Shown here: piece by piece, positions 1 to 10,329 of the stretch | Position numbering within the stretch: position 1 is the first letter of the stretch | Layout of the letters: every line of letters begins with the position of its first letter | Assembly (NCBI GenBank): GCA_963739285.1 | Contig: CAVTZN010000002.1 | Location: forward strand, 1,134 to 65,133 | Reading direction: 5' to 3' | Length of the DNA: 64,000 nt | From: Candidatus Wildermuthbacteria bacterium | Lineage (GTDB): Bacteria; Patescibacteriota; Minisyncoccia; Minisyncoccales; CAVTZN01 | Notes under the pieces: generated by a model | Database searches by the model: none | What the model was told of the DNA's origin: nothing | What the model saw: the letters and a program-made list of their open reading frames with translations, nothing else | Position numbers and translations under genes: made by a program

Positions 1-167
1 AAAGGACTGGAGAGTATGGCAATAATGGGCTCATTCTTGAGGAAAGCTGCTAGCTTCCTGGCTTGCTCCAATCCAGTATCATTCAGTTCGATATCGCTAT
101 CGCCTCCCTGGACAAGCCCTGCCTCATTCCAATAAGTTTCGCCATGCCTAACTAAAATAAGCTTCAA
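1..167 (-). CDS. histidine phosphatase (phosphoglycerate-mutase-like) family protein, N-terminal part; the gene runs off the window start
   Basis: Reverse-strand translation from TTG at 165-167 reads KLILVRHGETYWNEAGLVQGGDSDIELNDTGLEQARKLAAFL, which contains the RHGE motif. An AAGGAGG Shine-Dalgarno lies just upstream at about 171-179. The ORF is absent from the ORF track because it is truncated. Confidence 0.55.
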   Translation of the reverse strand, partial: MKLILVRHGETYWNEAGLVQGGDSDIELNDTGLEQARKLAAFLKNEPIIAILSSP

Positions 168-176
168 AAGGCCTCC

Positions 177-1340
177 TTAGATTGCCTCGCCTTCGGGCTG
201 ACAGCGAGAGATATAATTATGGGCTAGTTTTACCCTCTCATTATAGGTGGGATGGTCATAAAATAGAAGTTTTGCCCACTGGCTAGGTTCGGCCTCGGTT
301 AGATTCTGGTCGGTCAGCTTAGTCATCAAAGCAATAAAGGCTTGGGGGTTATTGCTTAGCGCCAATGCAGTCTCGTCTGCCGCTATTTCTATGCGACGAT
401 TGTACCAATTAAGTGCTGGTTGTAATACCAAGATAAGCATGGCTAGAACGAAAATTAGCCAGGGAAGGCCAGCGATATCACTTATTCCCTGGAGGGAGAA
501 TAATACCACTCCAGCTCTCAGGGCTAGATTGGCCAGATAAAATGCCAATAAAAAAGTGGCTGCCTGGATTCCTATGAGCTTGGGAATATCATGGTGGAGA
601 CGATGTCCTAGCTCATGAGCCAAAGTTACCTCTATTTCATCCCATGAATATCCCTGGAGCAAAGTATCGCTGAAGATAATACGTCTAGATTTGCCCCAGC
701 CGCTTAGCATGGCGTTAGCTGTAGTGGCTTTGCTGCTTAAATCCATGGTAAGGCACTCTGCAATATCAACTCCAGCCCTCCTGGCTAAATTTACCAATTT
801 TTCTTTGAGCCCTCCTTCTTCTAAGGGCTTTAATTTAAAGAATAAAGGTATAAGAAAGGTGGGCGTTAGCCAGGTGAGGATTAAGCTGACTAAAAACATA
901 ATCAAGGCAGCTGCTAGCCACCACAGCGCCGGGAGATTCCCTATAAGCCAGTAAACGATTATAACCAGACATAAGCCTAGCAATAATTCCAGCCCCGAAG
1001 CTTTAACCTTGTCCCTTAGCCAGCTTGCTAGGTCTTGCTTTGATAAGCCATAACGATGGGGCAAGACAAAATCGTAGTAATAGCCTAATGGTGCCACTAT
1101 CACTCCATAGCCTGCCGCTAGTGTCAGCAGATACAGGGCTGCTGACCATGGAGAAGGAAAAACCAAAAGGCTCGCCAGTGTAGTTGAGGCAGGGGTGAAA
1201 AGAAGGACTAGTAATAGGATGACCCCTATTCCGAGCTCGAGAAATGAGCCGCGCCGCAGTAGCCTACTGTATTCTCGTGCTTTCTGCTGGCGCGCCGGGT
1301 CAGGGACGATTTCCCTTAACTTCTCAAGGTCTTCCCCCAA
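177..1340 (-). CDS. M48-family zinc metallopeptidase (HtpX/Ste24-like), polytopic membrane protein
   Basis: 387-aa ORF with an HExxH motif (LAHELGHRLHHD) and several hydrophobic helices. Confidence 0.8.
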   Translation of the reverse strand: MGEDLEKLREIVPDPARQQKAREYSRLLRRGSFLELGIGVILLLVLLFTPASTTLASLLVFPSPWSAALYLLTLAAGYGVIVAPLGYYYDFVLPHRYGLSKQDLASWLRDKVKASGLELLLGLCLVIIVYWLIGNLPALWWLAAALIMFLVSLILTWLTPTFLIPLFFKLKPLEEGGLKEKLVNLARRAGVDIAECLTMDLSSKATTANAMLSGWGKSRRIIFSDTLLQGYSWDEIEVTLAHELGHRLHHDIPKLIGIQAATFLLAFYLANLALRAGVVLFSLQGISDIAGLPWLIFVLAMLILVLQPALNWYNRRIEIAADETALALSNNPQAFIALMTKLTDQNLTEAEPSQWAKLLFYDHPTYNERVKLAHNYISRCQPEGEAI

Positions 1341-1385
1341 AATCGCACCATGTTGAGCTAGAATAAACTCAAGCTCCCCTCTGAC

Positions 1386-2659
1386 CTACGATGCAGCAAC
1401 GCCCTTTTCCCTGGTTACTATGACCTTCTCTATCTTCATTCCGCGCATTTCAGTGATAACGAACTTCAGGTTCTGGTACTTAAACTGCTCCCCCTGCTTT
1501 GGTATCCGACCAAGGTGGCTGAGAATAAAGCCGGCTACAGTCTCATAATCACCGCTGGGCAAATTCAGCCCCAATTCCTCGTTAGCTTCCTCAATCCTGA
1601 ATCCTCCATCCAGTTGAAAGGTGCTGTCGCCAGTTACAATGAAATCCTTTTCTTTGCCCGTTAGCTCGTCATGAATATCGCCGACAATCTCCTCAGTTAG
1701 CTGCCCCAAGGTAACCATTCCCGCAATACCCCCGAACTCGTCTACCACGATTACTGCATGGTATCCACCGTCTCTCATCTCGGCCAGGAGTTCTCCCAGG
1801 CGTTTGTTTTCAGGCACAAAATAGGCTGGGCGCACCAAATCGTCAATGACGCTGTCTCTGCTGTCAGATTCATCGGTTAGTTTCAGCAGCACATCCTTGG
1901 CATGCAACATACCCACCACGTTGTCGGTGTTATCCTTATACACAGGGAAACGACTGTAGCGTCTTTTGGCATAAAGCTCCAGAAAATCCTTTAGCTTCGT
2001 CCCTTGCTCCACCCAGGCAATTTCCGTTCTCGGAACCATTATCTTGCTCACGGGGCAGTCGGTGAATTCAAACACCTTGTGTAACATCTCTGCCTCATCA
2101 CCTTCCATTACCCCTTCAGCCTCACCTATACTGATAGCTGTACGAAATTCCTCCTCGCTGATGGTCGGCTTGGGAATTTCGCCCTCCCCGACTAACTTGG
2201 TAAACCTAATCCCGATATGGTTCAGGATGTAAACCAGAGGATAGAGGATGGTGAGATGATTTCTAGAGGTTTAACATATCTCAGAGCCAGTCTTTCTCCG
2301 TAACGAACTGCCAAGCTCTTAGGAACAAGCTCAGCGAAAACTAAGGTTACTATAGTGATCACGATGGTAGCAATGGCTACTGCCCAGTTCGCATCTCGGA
2401 TTAGTGACACTGCTATGATTGTGCCCAGAGTGGCTACTGCCGTCTCAAAGAAGTTGATCCCCAAAAGAACTGTAGCGAGAAATTTCTCCGGCTGTTCCAC
2501 AATCTTTGCCACCCTTTTGGCAGAAGGGTGTCCACTCTGGATCAGATGTTGTAGACGCAGCTTCTGCATACCAATGAAAGCAGTCTCAGCACTGCAGAAA
2601 AAAGCGGCACACCCAAGACAGAGGAAAAACAATATCACAAAGAGACTGTTAATGTTCAC
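1386..2659 (-). CDS. CNNM/HlyC-CorC family protein (DUF21 TM domain + CBS pair + CorC_HlyC), interrupted by one frameshift near 2250-2262
   Basis: ORF 2222-2659 is the DUF21-like TM part (AAFFCSAETAFIG). ORF 1386-2108 is the CBS/CorC part. A third frame bridges them (HLTILYPLVYILNHIGIRFTKLVGEGEIPKPTISEEEFRTAISIGEAEGVMEG). Confidence 0.8.
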
Positions 2660-2993
2660 CCTTAATGCTCACCCTGAGTAAACGACATGTGCCACCAGCT
2701 TACTACCAGCTTTAGGCAGGGAAATAAAAGCTGCCTCAGCACTGGAAAAGAAGGCTGAAAGGGCTAAGCAAACTAGAAAGGCTAATAAAAGCCAACTATT
2801 GGCGGCATCCACCTATTACCACCCCCTAAGTCCCCTCCCCAACCGAATTGACCATCTTGCTATCATTAACTTTGGCTGTAATCTCACTTTATATAAGTTA
2901 TGATAGCATTAGCTAGCGAACCTGTCAAAACCCATATTTTTAAACAAGCCTCGGCGAGTGATAAGCTCCGGGTTTTCCAGTATACTTAGGGGG

Positions 2994-3246
2994 ATGGACA
3001 AAATGTTCCTGGTGGACAAGCCTAAAGGGATTACCTCCTCCCGGGTAGTAGAGCGGATAAAAAAGAAATTCAATGTGAAGGCTGGTCATCACGGGGACCT
3101 TAGACCCCCTGGCTACGGGGCTTTTAGTTGTTCTCACAGGCAAGTACACGAAAAACGCCTCCTCATTCCTTAAGCTGGACAAGGCTTACGAAGTTAAGGC
3201 TGTTCTCGGTATTGAGACAGACACCTTTGACTCTGAGGGAAGGGTT
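2994..3246 (+). pseudogene. truB: truB (tRNA pseudouridine-55 synthase) 5' fragment, frameshifted near 3098 and truncated at about 3246
   Basis: MDKMFLVDKPKGITSSRVVERIKKKFNVKAGH, then after a 1-nt shift GTLDPLATGLLVVLTGKYTKNASSFLKLDKAYEVKAVLGIETDTFDSEGRV. The homology stops where the comM stop codon lies. Confidence 0.7.
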
Positions 3247-4863
3247 TTACGGCGAAGCAATAACGAAGTAACTAGAGTATTTCTCTTCCCTTATTCGATA
3301 CATGAGAGCCTCGCTTAGATGGTTATAAGTAATTTTTTCCGACCCTTCTAAATCGGCGATGGTTCGGCTGACCTTTAAAACTCGGTGATAGCCCCGGGCA
3401 GAAAGTTGGCCGGAGTTAACACACTTTCTTAGAAGATCTTGAGATTTTAAATCAATTTGGCAATGCCTTTTTATTTGAGGGATGCTCATTTCAGAATTAG
3501 TTAGCTCTCCTTCGTTTTTTTTGCCCTCAGTAGGTCCATCTTTGGCGGAAAACCTTTCTTTCTGAATTTCCCTGGCGCGTCCCACTTTTTCTCTTGCTTT
3601 GGCACTGGAATTTTCCTCGTCAGGAGAAACCAGTTTTTCATATTTTACTGCCGGAACGTCAATAAAAAGATCAATTCTGTCAATTAAAGGACCGGACAAT
3701 TTTCTTCTGTACATGGCAATTTGAGAAGGGAGACAAGTGCATCTTCTTTCAGGGTCGTTCAGATAACCGCAAGGACAGGGGTTGGCTGCCGCCACCAGAG
3801 TGAAACGGGCCGGTAAAATTAAACAGTGCTTGGCTCTCAAAACCGTAATCCTCCCTTCTTCCAAAGGTTGACGGAGAGATTCCAAAACGTCGCGGTGGAA
3901 CTCGGGGAATTCGTCCAAAAATAAAATGCCCCGATGAGACAAGGTGATTTCGCCAGGGCGAGGAGGGTTGCCGCCGCCGATTAAGGCGACTTCTGAAGAA
4001 GTATGATGAGGAGAGCGAAAAGGGCGGACGTCAATTAAAGGGCTGCCCGCCGGCAAAAAACCAGCCGCGCTATAAATTTTTGTTACCTCTAAGGCCTCTT
4101 CAAAAGTCAGTTTGGGCAAAATTGAGGGAATGGCTTGAGCTAATAAGGTTTTCCCCGCTCCCGGCGGGCCTTGCATTAAGAGATTATGGGAACCGGCGGC
4201 AGCAATTTCCAAAGCTCTTTTAGCATATTCTTGTCCTTTTATGTAGGCCAGGTCAATCGGATAAACGGACGTGCTGAAAATTTCTTCTAAACTTATTTTT
4301 GTCGGTGAAACTGTTTTTTTCCCTTCGAGATAATCTATAACCTCTCTGAGGGTTTCCACGCCAATTACTTTTATCCTTTCTTTGCCTGTCGGAGTTCCGC
4401 CGGAGGCGGAAACCAAAGCCGCCTCTTTGGCATTTTCTTTCGGCAGGATAATTTCCAAAAATCCATTTTGTTTGGCGGAGATGGCTGAAGACAATACTCC
4501 CTTGACCGGCCTTAACTTACCGTCCAAAGCCAATTCTCCTAAAAATATTTTATCGGCTGGGTCAAATTTGCTTTGCTTTGAGGCAAGCAGAAAACCCAGA
4601 GCAATTGCCAAATCGTACAGAGAGCCCTCCTTTTTTAAATCGGCCGGAGCCAAATTGACCAAAACCTTGAGATTGGAATGGTGAGGCGGCAAGAACTTGA
4701 TGCTCTTTATGGCCGAATTAACTCTTTCAGTCGATTCCTCGACAGCTTTATCCGGCAGGCCGACGATATCAAAAGAGTGGAGGCCGAAACTGGTATCGAC
4801 CTCCACCTCAACAATTTGACTGTCCAGACCTACAAGGGCCGTTGAGAAAACTTTTACAGGCAT
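3247..4863 (-). CDS. comM: YifB/ComM family Mg-chelatase-like AAA+ ATPase
   Basis: 538-aa ORF with an N-terminal Lon-protease-like domain (ALVGLDSQIVEVEVD), Walker A (GPPGAGKT) and a C-terminal ChlI-like region. Confidence 0.85.
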   Translation of the reverse strand: MPVKVFSTALVGLDSQIVEVEVDTSFGLHSFDIVGLPDKAVEESTERVNSAIKSIKFLPPHHSNLKVLVNLAPADLKKEGSLYDLAIALGFLLASKQSKFDPADKIFLGELALDGKLRPVKGVLSSAISAKQNGFLEIILPKENAKEAALVSASGGTPTGKERIKVIGVETLREVIDYLEGKKTVSPTKISLEEIFSTSVYPIDLAYIKGQEYAKRALEIAAAGSHNLLMQGPPGAGKTLLAQAIPSILPKLTFEEALEVTKIYSAAGFLPAGSPLIDVRPFRSPHHTSSEVALIGGGNPPRPGEITLSHRGILFLDEFPEFHRDVLESLRQPLEEGRITVLRAKHCLILPARFTLVAAANPCPCGYLNDPERRCTCLPSQIAMYRRKLSGPLIDRIDLFIDVPAVKYEKLVSPDEENSSAKAREKVGRAREIQKERFSAKDGPTEGKKNEGELTNSEMSIPQIKRHCQIDLKSQDLLRKCVNSGQLSARGYHRVLKVSRTIADLEGSEKITYNHLSEALMYRIREEKYSSYFVIASP

Positions 4864-4874
4864 ATTATTTTAGT

Positions 4875-5275
4875 CTATCTTTTACAATCAAGACAGAACC
4901 TGGCTCCGGGATAAGCTTCCAACCTTTCTTCGGAAATTTCTTTGCCGCATTTTTCACATTTTCCAAAAGTTCCTTTCTAAGAATATGCGGAGCATTCAAG
5001 GTTCTCGCTGGAAGAGAGGTTCTTATTTTTTCTAATGCTAAATTAACATCCCTCAGTTTTAATTCGAGAGTGTGTTCGATCGGCAAGCGGGCTTCATATT
5101 CTACAACTTCATCAGCCGCCTCTTCCAAAGGACCGCCATTAAATTCCGGAAAACGAGTATCCCAGTCGCCTTTTAGTTTGTCGTCTTTTTTGGCAAAAGA
5201 ATTTAACTCTTTTTCCAAGATTCCCTTTTCCTTTTCCAATTTTTCTTTTAATTCCTGAATTAAGTTTTTATCCAT
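4875..5275 (-). CDS. DksA/TraR-family C4 zinc-finger protein; the zinc finger is encoded in the -1 frame relative to the N-terminal coiled coil
   Basis: The track ORF has the coiled-coil N-terminus. The adjacent frame reads [33 protein letters not shown] and stops at 4875-4877. Confidence 0.7.
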
Positions 5276-5284
5276 ATATTAATT

Positions 5285-6660
5285 TTACTTGAGTAAATCA
5301 ATTACTTTAGTTAAGCTTTCCCAAGAAGAAGTCCAGATTAACTTGTTGTCTAAAATTGAATAACAAATTCCCATGTCTTGTTTGGAGAACGTTTGGAACC
5401 TGAAACTTACGCCTTGATATTTAGCCGCTCGGAAGTAAGAAATTAAAGCCGGACTTTCTTTACCCATAAGGCTAAAAAGAGTTTCAAAGTCTCCTTCCAT
5501 TGTTTTTTCCCATGATTTCAAAAAAGCAGACATGTCCTCTCCTTCATTGACCTCGGCGATAAAGCCCAGGCGATTATATTTTTCGCTTGGGTAAAGAAAG
5601 AAAGTAAAAGCGAGGTCAACTTTTTGGTAAAAGGTTTCGGGCGTTTTGACCTGGAGAGCGTCAAAAAACTCCTTCATGTCCAGGATTTTATTTTCAGAGC
5701 TGTTTTTAATTAAAATTCTGTAAAATTTTGAGCTGGAAAACCCGCCGGCTTTTAAAAATTCCGATAGCTTTGATTCTAACTCTTCAGCTGAAGCGATTTC
5801 CAAGGTTTTGGTTTCTGTTATCGGGATTAAAGAGGCAGGAATAACGGGCTCTGGATTGACAACCGGTTCTTCTTCGGCCGCTGGCAAGAAAGGAAGAGGA
5901 GTGGTTTTTTCTTTGGTAAAAAACCAGTACCAGAAAGTAAAAAGACCGGCCCAAATAGCCACTAAAAATCCGATAATTAAAATCCGGACAAAAAATTTTT
6001 CAAAAGTCGACGCTCTATGAGGCGGAGCTTTGGCTATCAGAGTCGTCCGGCTTGGTTTTTCGGTTCTAGGGATAGAGAAACCAGGTCTTAGAGGAAATTT
6101 TTCTTCCCTGGTTGTTTCCGTTCCAGGGAGCGCTGGAGAGGGTTGCATCATTTCTGGGGTGGGTCTTTCCACCCTTTCTTCGGCTACCCTTTTTAAAAAA
6201 TCAGCCCTTTCTCTTTCCTCCTTTTCTCTTTGGGACTGGGCCGTGGCCATTCCTTTTCTCCTTTCTTCTTCCCCCTTCTCAGAAATTCCTCTTCTCTTTT
6301 TCTTTTTTCCTCTTCTTTCTCCAATCCTATTCTTTTTTTGATTTCTTCCTCCCTTTTTTTGGCCTCTCCCAGAAGATCAGATACTTTTGTTTTTTCCATT
6401 TCTCTTCTTCGGGCTGCCCCTGCTTCAAGCGCCTCTTTTTCGGACTCCTCCATCCTTTTCAGTTTGAGCAGGAACTCGGCCTTTTCCCTTTCTTCTTTTG
6501 CCTTTCTAGTTTCCTCCAGGGCCCTCCTCTTTGTTTCCTCATCGGTCCTTAGCCCCATAATTTTCTCTCTTTCTCTTTGCACTTCTGTTCCTCGAAGACG
6601 GGCAATATCGCTTGCCATCGTTCGAATCAATCTGTTTTTTTGCGATAATATTTCCTCCAT
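5285..6660 (-). CDS. hypothetical membrane protein with a long Glu/Lys/Arg-rich N-terminal region (two overlapping ORFs, probable frameshift near 6200-6250)
   Basis: ORFs 6193-6660 and 5285-6250 lie on the same strand and overlap. There is one TM helix (ILIIGFLVAIWAGLFTFWYWFF). No recognisable domain. Confidence 0.45.
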
Positions 6661-6686
6661 TTTGTTTTTAGCTAAGACATGATTAT

Positions 6687-8796
6687 TTACGTTTGGGTTT
6701 TGGCGTCTTTTAACGATAGGTTTATTCTGCCCTGTTCATCAATAGAGATTACCTTGACCGGCACGATATCTCCAATCTTGACCACATCCTCAACTTTTCC
6801 CACTCGATAGGTGGCTAGTTGGGAAATATGAATTAATCCTTCCTGGCCGGGCAGGATTTCGGCGAAAGCGCCAAAATTTAAAATTCTTTTGATTTTTCCC
6901 TGGAAAACTTCCCCTACTTTTACCTCTCTGACGATGTTTTTAATCCAGTCAATGGCTTTTTTGGCTGCCTCTTCTTTCTCGGAGGTAACATAAATTAAGC
7001 CAGTAGGCTGGATGTCAATTGCCACTCCGGTTTCTCCAATGATTTCGTTGATTATCTTCCCTCCCGGTCCGACTACTTCTCTTATTCTATCCGGATTAAT
7101 TTGAATGGTTAAAATACGAGGAGCAAAAGGCGACAGCTCGGGCCTGGGCTTGTCTAGAACTTTTTCCATGGCGTCCAGGATTTTATTTCTTGCTTTCTTT
7201 CCCTTGTCCAGAGCTTCCTTCAGGATTTCCTCAGTAATTCCTTCAATTTTGACGTCCATCTGCAGGGCGGTTATTCCCTTTCTGGTTCCGGCTACTTTAA
7301 AATCCATATCTCCATGGTGGTCTTCAGGGCCCTGAATATCGGTTAAAATTTTGTAGCTTCCTTTTGAATCTTGCATCAATCCGAGGGAAATTCCGGCTCC
7401 GGGTGACTTAATCGGCACTCCCGCGTCCATGAGGGCCAGAGAAGAAGAAGAAATCGAGGCCATTGAAGTGGAGCCGTTGGAAGAAAGGATTTCTGAAACT
7501 ATTCTGATAGTATAAGGGAAATTTTCAACTGGCGGGATTAAGGGTAAAAGGGCTTTCTCTACCAACATGCCATGGCCGATATCTCTTCTCCCGGGACCTC
7601 TTAACGGCTTAATTTCTCCGGTCGAATAAGGAGGAAAGTTGTAGTGGTGCAGAAATCTTTTTTTGCCGACAATTTCCATGCCTTCCAGAATCTGCTGATC
7701 GCCGGGAGCCCCTAAGGTTAGAATGGAAAGGGCTTTGGTTTGCCCTCGACAAAAAAGCCCTGAGCCATGCGTCCGGGGCAATATCCCCACTTCACAAGAA
7801 AGTTGGCGTATCTCGTCAAGGTCCCGGCCGTCCGCTCTTTTTCCCTTTGAAATTGCATTTTCATGGAGAACTCTTTCGGTTTCTTTTTCAAAAAAGGAGA
7901 GGGCATATTTCACCTTTCCCCCTTCCGGATATTTTTCTTCAATAAAAAAAGACAGGTCTTTTTTAAGATTATCCAATTGCTCGACCCGATAAGCTTTTTC
8001 TTTTTGGTAAAGGGCTTTTTCCAGCCTCTCTTTCAAAAAGATTCCCACCTCTTTTTCTAATTCAGTATCAATTAATTGGGGTTCGAGAGAAGCTTTTTCT
8101 TTGCCAGCCATTTTTAAAATTTCTTTTTGGAAATCAAAAACTTTTTTTAAATGAGGTTTGGCGAAATCCCAGGCATCGGAAACCAATTTTTCATCAACCT
8201 CTTCAAAGCTTCCCTCAATCATGTTGGCGAGGATTTTGTTGTTTTTTTCGACGGCTCCGAAGATCAAATCCACCTGACTTTTCTCCCTTTGTTCATAAGT
8301 CGGGTTGAGAACAAATTCGTTGTCGATTCGGCCAACCCTAACTGCTCCGATTGGTCCTGACCAGGGAATATCAGAAATAGAGAGCGAGATAGAGGCCGCC
8401 AATAAACCAACGACGTCAGAGTCGTTTTCGCCATCCCAGGATAAAACCGTGGCCACTACTTGAACCTCGCGATTCAGGTCTTTCGGAAAGAGCGGCCGAA
8501 TGGTTCTGTCAATCAGACGAGAATTACAAATCGCCTCGTCCGAGGGACGAGACTCTCTTTTGATATATCTGGGGCCGCGGATTTTCCCGGCCGCATAGTA
8601 TTTTTCTTCGTAATCTACCGTCAGGGGGAAGAATCCCATGTCCCTCTTTTTCAAATTTCGACATGACGCAGGTTGCCATAACTAAAGTATCGCCATAACG
8701 CAAAAAAACCTCACCATTGGCTTGCTCGGCTAAATTTCTGACATTGGCTTCCATATTTCTGCCCCCGAGTTCTAATTTTAAAATTTCTCCTTTCAT
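6687..8796 (-). CDS. pnp: polyribonucleotide nucleotidyltransferase (PNPase), frameshift near 8640
   Basis: Contains RNase PH domains, KH and S1 (FFPLTVDYEEKYYAAGKI, GDMDFKVAGT). The N-terminal 90 aa lie in ORF 8524-8796. The rpsO-pnp arrangement is conserved synteny. Confidence 0.9.
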
Positions 8797-8829
8797 ACTT
8801 CAATAATTTCGTCCTGACCCCTGACTTTT

Positions 8830-9396
8830 TTAGAGGATTATATTTTTTAATAAATATTTCCCTGGCGCTTTGTCTAAATCAATAAATTCATCAGTCGTTT
8901 CTTTTAATTTTAAGGAAGTAGTCCGGCCAAAGGCCAGAACCTCCACTCTTTTCCCCTGGTTTTTTAAATATTCAACCAAGGGAATAAAGTCGCCATCGCC
9001 GGAGGCCAGGGAAATGACATCAACTCCGGCCGCGGTTCTGATAGCGTCAATAACAATTCCCACGTCCCAATCAGCTTTCTTCATTCCTCCGTAGAATTCT
9101 TGGAGATCTTTGATTCGCGTTTCAATTCCCAGCTTGACTAAGGCTTCAAAAAAAGGCTTTTCCTCGCCAGTTTTCGTTCTGACAACATAGGCAAAAGCCC
9201 GGATTAGTTTTCTTTGCAAAACTGCCCGGTTTAAGACTTCCCGAAAATTAACCCTGGCTCCATAAAGATTTTTTGCCGAATGGTAAAGATTCTGAACATC
9301 GAGAAGAACAGCTACTCTCTGCTCTTTATGGGCGATGATATTATTTTCTGAGACCGATTTTTTTGACGATACTGGCATATCTTTTTTCATCCTCAT
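8830..9396 (-). CDS. NYN-domain (LabA/DUF88-like) protein
   Basis: [17 protein letters not shown] ... [30 protein letters not shown], the typical NYN/LabA signature. Confidence 0.7.
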   Translation of the reverse strand: MRMKKDMPVSSKKSVSENNIIAHKEQRVAVLLDVQNLYHSAKNLYGARVNFREVLNRAVLQRKLIRAFAYVVRTKTGEEKPFFEALVKLGIETRIKDLQEFYGGMKKADWDVGIVIDAIRTAAGVDVISLASGDGDFIPLVEYLKNQGKRVEVLAFGRTTSLKLKETTDEFIDLDKAPGKYLLKNIIL

Positions 9397-9607
9397 TCTT
9401 CAGATAACTGAGCAATTTTTTTCTTTTGGCTACCTGTTTGAGCAGCCCTCTTTTTGAATGGAAATCTTTTGAGTGTTTTTTTAAATGCAAAACCAGCCTT
9501 TTGATTTCCTCGGTTAATAAGGCAATTTGGACTTCTGAAGAACCCGTATCAGTGTCATGGATTTTATATTTCTTGATTAAGATAGATTTTTCTTCAGGTG
9601 TTAACAT
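9341..9607 (-). CDS. rpsO: 30S ribosomal protein S15
   Basis: 88 aa, with [36 protein letters not shown]. Confidence 0.9.
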   Translation of the reverse strand: MLTPEEKSILIKKYKIHDTDTGSSEVQIALLTEEIKRLVLHLKKHSKDFHSKRGLLKQVAKRKKLLSYLKNEDEKRYASIVKKIGLRK

Positions 9608-9692
9608 ATATCAACTAAATTTTAACATATAAAATAAAAAGGGCAAAATTACCCTGACAAACTAATCGCTGATGATTAATAACTAATTTTAG

Positions 9693-9764
9693 TGCCCCCA
9701 CCAGGATTCGGACCTGGAGTCAACTGCTTAAGAGGCAGCTGCTTTACCATTAAGCTATGGGGGC
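9693..9764 (-). tRNA. tRNA-Lys(CUU)
   Basis: Hand fold of GCCCCCA/TGGGGGC acceptor, anticodon loop CTCTTAA, T arm CCAGG-TCCGAAT-CCTGG (C at position 55). No encoded CCA. Confidence 0.75.
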
Positions 9765-9772
9765 GAGAAAAA

Positions 9773-9806
9773 GGCGGGGCTGCTCTACCAGTTGAGCTAC
9801 AGGGGC
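9773..9806 (-). pseudogene. tRNA 5' fragment (acceptor strand + D arm + start of anticodon arm), with no T arm or 3' acceptor
   Basis: GCCCCTGTAGCTCAACTGGTAGAGCAGCCCCGCC is followed by TTTTTCTC and then directly by tRNA-Lys. Confidence 0.5.
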
Positions 9807-9817
9807 AAGGACTAGTT

Positions 9818-10270
9818 CTATTGAACAGAGCACTCAATTTGAAACCAATTTTCTGGATTCCAGTCAAGATCAGGATTGATAAATCCTGAAAAAGTTAAAA
9901 CGAAATTGACAAAAATCCAGGCGCAATAGACGATGATTAAGCCAACCACTACCGAGGTTATTAATCTTTTTGCCTTTTGCAGGCCTTCGGGGCTGCCGCC
10001 GGCAAAAAAGAACATTATGCCGCCAATAACTAACATTAAAGTAGCAATAATAGGAACAATGCCATCGGGAGGAAGTAAAAGAAAATCAATAATCTTTTTA
10101 AACAATTGAAAGAAATCACAAAGAGTGCAAGGATCTTGCCCTGATCCGCCACAAGTGACTAGCCCCTCTTCTTTTGCTTGAACCGGGGCAAGGGATAGAA
10201 ATATAAAAACCAAAAAAGTTATTAAAAATATTTTTTTCACCCCGTTAGAAATTTTTAGTAAATTTTTCAT
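9818..10270 (-). CDS. secreted/membrane T4SS-pilin-like (TrbC/VirB2-like) protein
   Basis: Signal peptide, Cys-containing segment, then IMFFFAGGSPEGLQKAKRLITSVVVGLIIV. The same motif occurs in the three paralogs at 59.8-61.0 kb. Confidence 0.5.
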   Translation of the reverse strand: MKNLLKISNGVKKIFLITFLVFIFLSLAPVQAKEEGLVTCGGSGQDPCTLCDFFQLFKKIIDFLLLPPDGIVPIIATLMLVIGGIMFFFAGGSPEGLQKAKRLITSVVVGLIIVYCAWIFVNFVLTFSGFINPDLDWNPENWFQIECSVQ

Positions 10271-10329
10271 ATTTTTGAAACCCCATTAGAGATTTAGTTT
10301 TAATAAGGAATTTTAACGGGGTTCAAAGG

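Noticed and set aside
6030-6682. Three overlapping plus-strand ORFs (103-150 aa) rich in F/L/S.
   Set aside because: They are antisense to the Glu/Lys-rich gene at 5285-6660. The polypyrimidine complement of GAA/AAG codons gives long open frames by chance.
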